Both the position numbers and the translations under genes were made by a program. The notes below the pieces were generated by a model, which saw only the letters and a list, made by a program, of their open reading frames with translations, searched no databases and was not told the origin of the DNA. Below, piece after piece: positions 62,185-64,000 of a DNA stretch of 64,000 bases (its first letter is position 1; every line of letters starts with the position of its first letter). Origin of the DNA: Acidimicrobiia bacterium (GTDB lineage Bacteria > Actinomycetota > Acidimicrobiia > Spongiisociales > Spongiisociaceae); the NCBI GenBank assembly GCA_041576165.1, contig JBFGLM010000008.1, positions 1-64,000 of the forward strand, in the 5' to 3' direction.

Positions 62185-63413
62185 TGGCGCTGCGGGCACC
62201 CAAAGGGACCGATGACGTCCTCCCGCCGGTTTCGCGCCGGTGGCGATGGCTGCTTCGTTTGTGGGATGAGCTGACCGAGCGATATGGCTACGAGCTGGTG
62301 ATGACGCCTGTGTTCGAGCTGACCGAAGTATTCGCTCGCGGAGTGGGCGAGGCAACCGAGGTCGTCGAAAAACAGATGTATACGTTCGAGGACAAAGCCG
62401 GGCGGTCGCTCACCCTGCGGCCCGAGAACACGGCTGGGGTCGTGCGGGCGTACATCCAGGATGGCCGCAGCGGCGTGTTCAAAGGCGCCTACTCCGGAGC
62501 CATGTTCCGTTATGAGCAGCCGCAGCAGGGGAGGCGGCGACAGTTCTGGCAACTGGGAGTCGAATACATCGGAGAAGAAGCTGTAGAAGCCGATCTGGAG
62601 GTCATCGAAGTTGGATACCGATACCTCCACGCGGCTGGCCTGCGAGACGTGGAGGTGCTGGTCAACTCGATCGGCGATCCGGCCGATCGGGCGGCCTACA
62701 TCGACATCCTGCGGGTCTACCTCGAGTCGAAGCGGGCGCAACTGTCCGTCGATGCCCAACGCCGCATCGCCACGAACCCGCTGCGGGTTCTGGACAGCAA
62801 GCCCGACGTTGAGGTGTTGGCGGACGCGCCGACCCCGGTCGAACACCTGAGCGCGGAGACTAAGCAGCACTTCGAGCTGCTCCTGGCCGGGCTGGACGAG
62901 CGCCGGATCCCCTACGTGATCGAACCCGGGTTGGTGCGGGGACTCGACTATTACAACCGGACGGTGTTCGAATATGTCCCCCGTTCGTACGAGGCCGCCC
63001 AGAGCGCAGTCGGGGGCGGAGGTCGCTACGACGGTCTCGCCGAGCTGCTGGGAGGTCCCCACGTTCCCTCCACCGGCCTGGCACTGGGCCTGGATCGCAT
63101 ACTGGCTGCGCTCGGGGAGCAGCCAGCCTTGCCGGCACTCGATGCATTCGTGGTGGTCGCCGCTCCCGAGCGACGTCCGGCCGCACAACAGCTGATCCAC
63201 CAACTGCGAGAGCGGGGATTGCGAGTGGATTCGGTTGCGTCGGACCGCTCCGTCAAAGCCCAATTCCGCGCAGCCGACCGCCGCGATGCGTCCGCGGTGG
63301 TGTTGGTGGGTGACGAATGGGATCAGGGTCTGGTGAAGCTCAAGATGCTCCAGACCGGAGAAGAAGAGCAGGTACCCGTGGCGGACGTCCCCGCCCGCTT
63401 GGAGAAGATATGA
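62184..63413 (+). CDS. hisS: Histidine--tRNA ligase
   Basis: LRPENTA, FRYEQPQQGR, LVRGLDYY and GGGRYD motifs. Confidence 0.97.
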   Translation: MALRAPKGTDDVLPPVSRRWRWLLRLWDELTERYGYELVMTPVFELTEVFARGVGEATEVVEKQMYTFEDKAGRSLTLRPENTAGVVRAYIQDGRSGVFKGAYSGAMFRYEQPQQGRRRQFWQLGVEYIGEEAVEADLEVIEVGYRYLHAAGLRDVEVLVNSIGDPADRAAYIDILRVYLESKRAQLSVDAQRRIATNPLRVLDSKPDVEVLADAPTPVEHLSAETKQHFELLLAGLDERRIPYVIEPGLVRGLDYYNRTVFEYVPRSYEAAQSAVGGGGRYDGLAELLGGPHVPSTGLALGLDRILAALGEQPALPALDAFVVVAAPERRPAAQQLIHQLRERGLRVDSVASDRSVKAQFRAADRRDASAVVLVGDEWDQGLVKLKMLQTGEEEQVPVADVPARLEKI

Positions 63414-64000
63414 CAGCGTTTCGCACCGCCTACGCCGGACGCCTCGGAGATGAACACATTGGCGACACGGTCAGGGTGGCCGGGTGGGTGGTTCGCCCAC
63501 GCGATCACGGTGGCATCGTGTTCTTCGAGTTGCGGGATGCGTCGGGCCTGGTACAGGTCGTGGCGGACCCTGCACAGATTGCCGCAGCGGATCAGTTGCG
63601 GATGGAGTGGTGTGTATCCGTCGAGGGAACCCTCCAGGCCCGCCCCGAGGGGATGCAAAACCCGGACCTGCCCACGGGGACCATTGAGGTTCATGCCAGT
63701 TCATTGTCGGTCCTGAGCCCGGCCGAGGTGCTGCCGTTCATGGTGGAGGACAGGACCGAGGCCGACGAACGCGTGCGGCTGCAGTACCGATACCTGGATC
63801 TACGGCGGCCGCGGATGACCGCCAACGTGCGGGCCCGGTCAGCGGGGATTGCCGCCATCCGGCGCACCCTGGACGAGCTTGGGTTTCTCGACATCGAGAC
63901 CCCGACGCTGATCAACTCAACGCCAGAGGGCGCTCGCGATTTTCTGGTGCCCAGCCGGCTCCGGCCCGGGCATTTCTACGCGCTGCCCCAGTCGCCCCAG
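63410..64000 (+). CDS. aspS: Aspartate--tRNA ligase (5' part; runs off the window)
   Basis: Manual translation: VAGWV..RDHGG..F..LRD, YRYLDLRR, ETPTL..STPEGARDFLVP, FYALPQSPQ. Confidence 0.96.
   Translation, partial: MTAFRTAYAGRLGDEHIGDTVRVAGWVVRPRDHGGIVFFELRDASGLVQVVADPAQIAAADQLRMEWCVSVEGTLQARPEGMQNPDLPTGTIEVHASSLSVLSPAEVLPFMVEDRTEADERVRLQYRYLDLRRPRMTANVRARSAGIAAIRRTLDELGFLDIETPTLINSTPEGARDFLVPSRLRPGHFYALPQSPQ

Noticed and set aside
61788-63263. Long antisense ORFs (also 5776..7062, 54879..55934, 22701..23705)
   Set aside because: Typical high-GC shadow frames opposite well-supported genes

Overview
High-GC actinobacterial chromosome, probably Acidimicrobiia-like (inferred from mshD, pgsA-patA-pimA and gene order). 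The right half (34.8-64 kb) is core housekeeping: thrS, gltA, EF-G paralog, PIM genes, pdxST, yebC, ruvCAB, queA-tgt-yajC-secDF, apt, rel, MBL hydrolase, hisS and partial aspS. A three-gene minor-pilin-like cassette sits after rel. The left half is accessory and partly eroded. The main signals are four. (1) Two genes interrupted by an in-frame UGA at a catalytic Cys position, each followed by a SECIS-like hairpin: a CcdA/DsbD-beta-like membrane protein under a MerR-type 19-bp-spacer promoter, and a UGSC-family protein. (2) A secreted acidic Ser-Pro repeat protein, (VTVSPVEESP)x8, translationally coupled to an APH-fold kinase and apparently co-regulated by the neighbouring OmpR-type two-component system. 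(3) Four sigma-28 (FliA/WhiG)-like promoters in front of a diguanylate cyclase, the pilin cassette, an M48 protease and a membrane protein. (4) Several internally deleted pseudogenes. I saw no rRNA, tRNA, CRISPR array or transposase. All product calls come from motif recognition by eye; no database searches were run.
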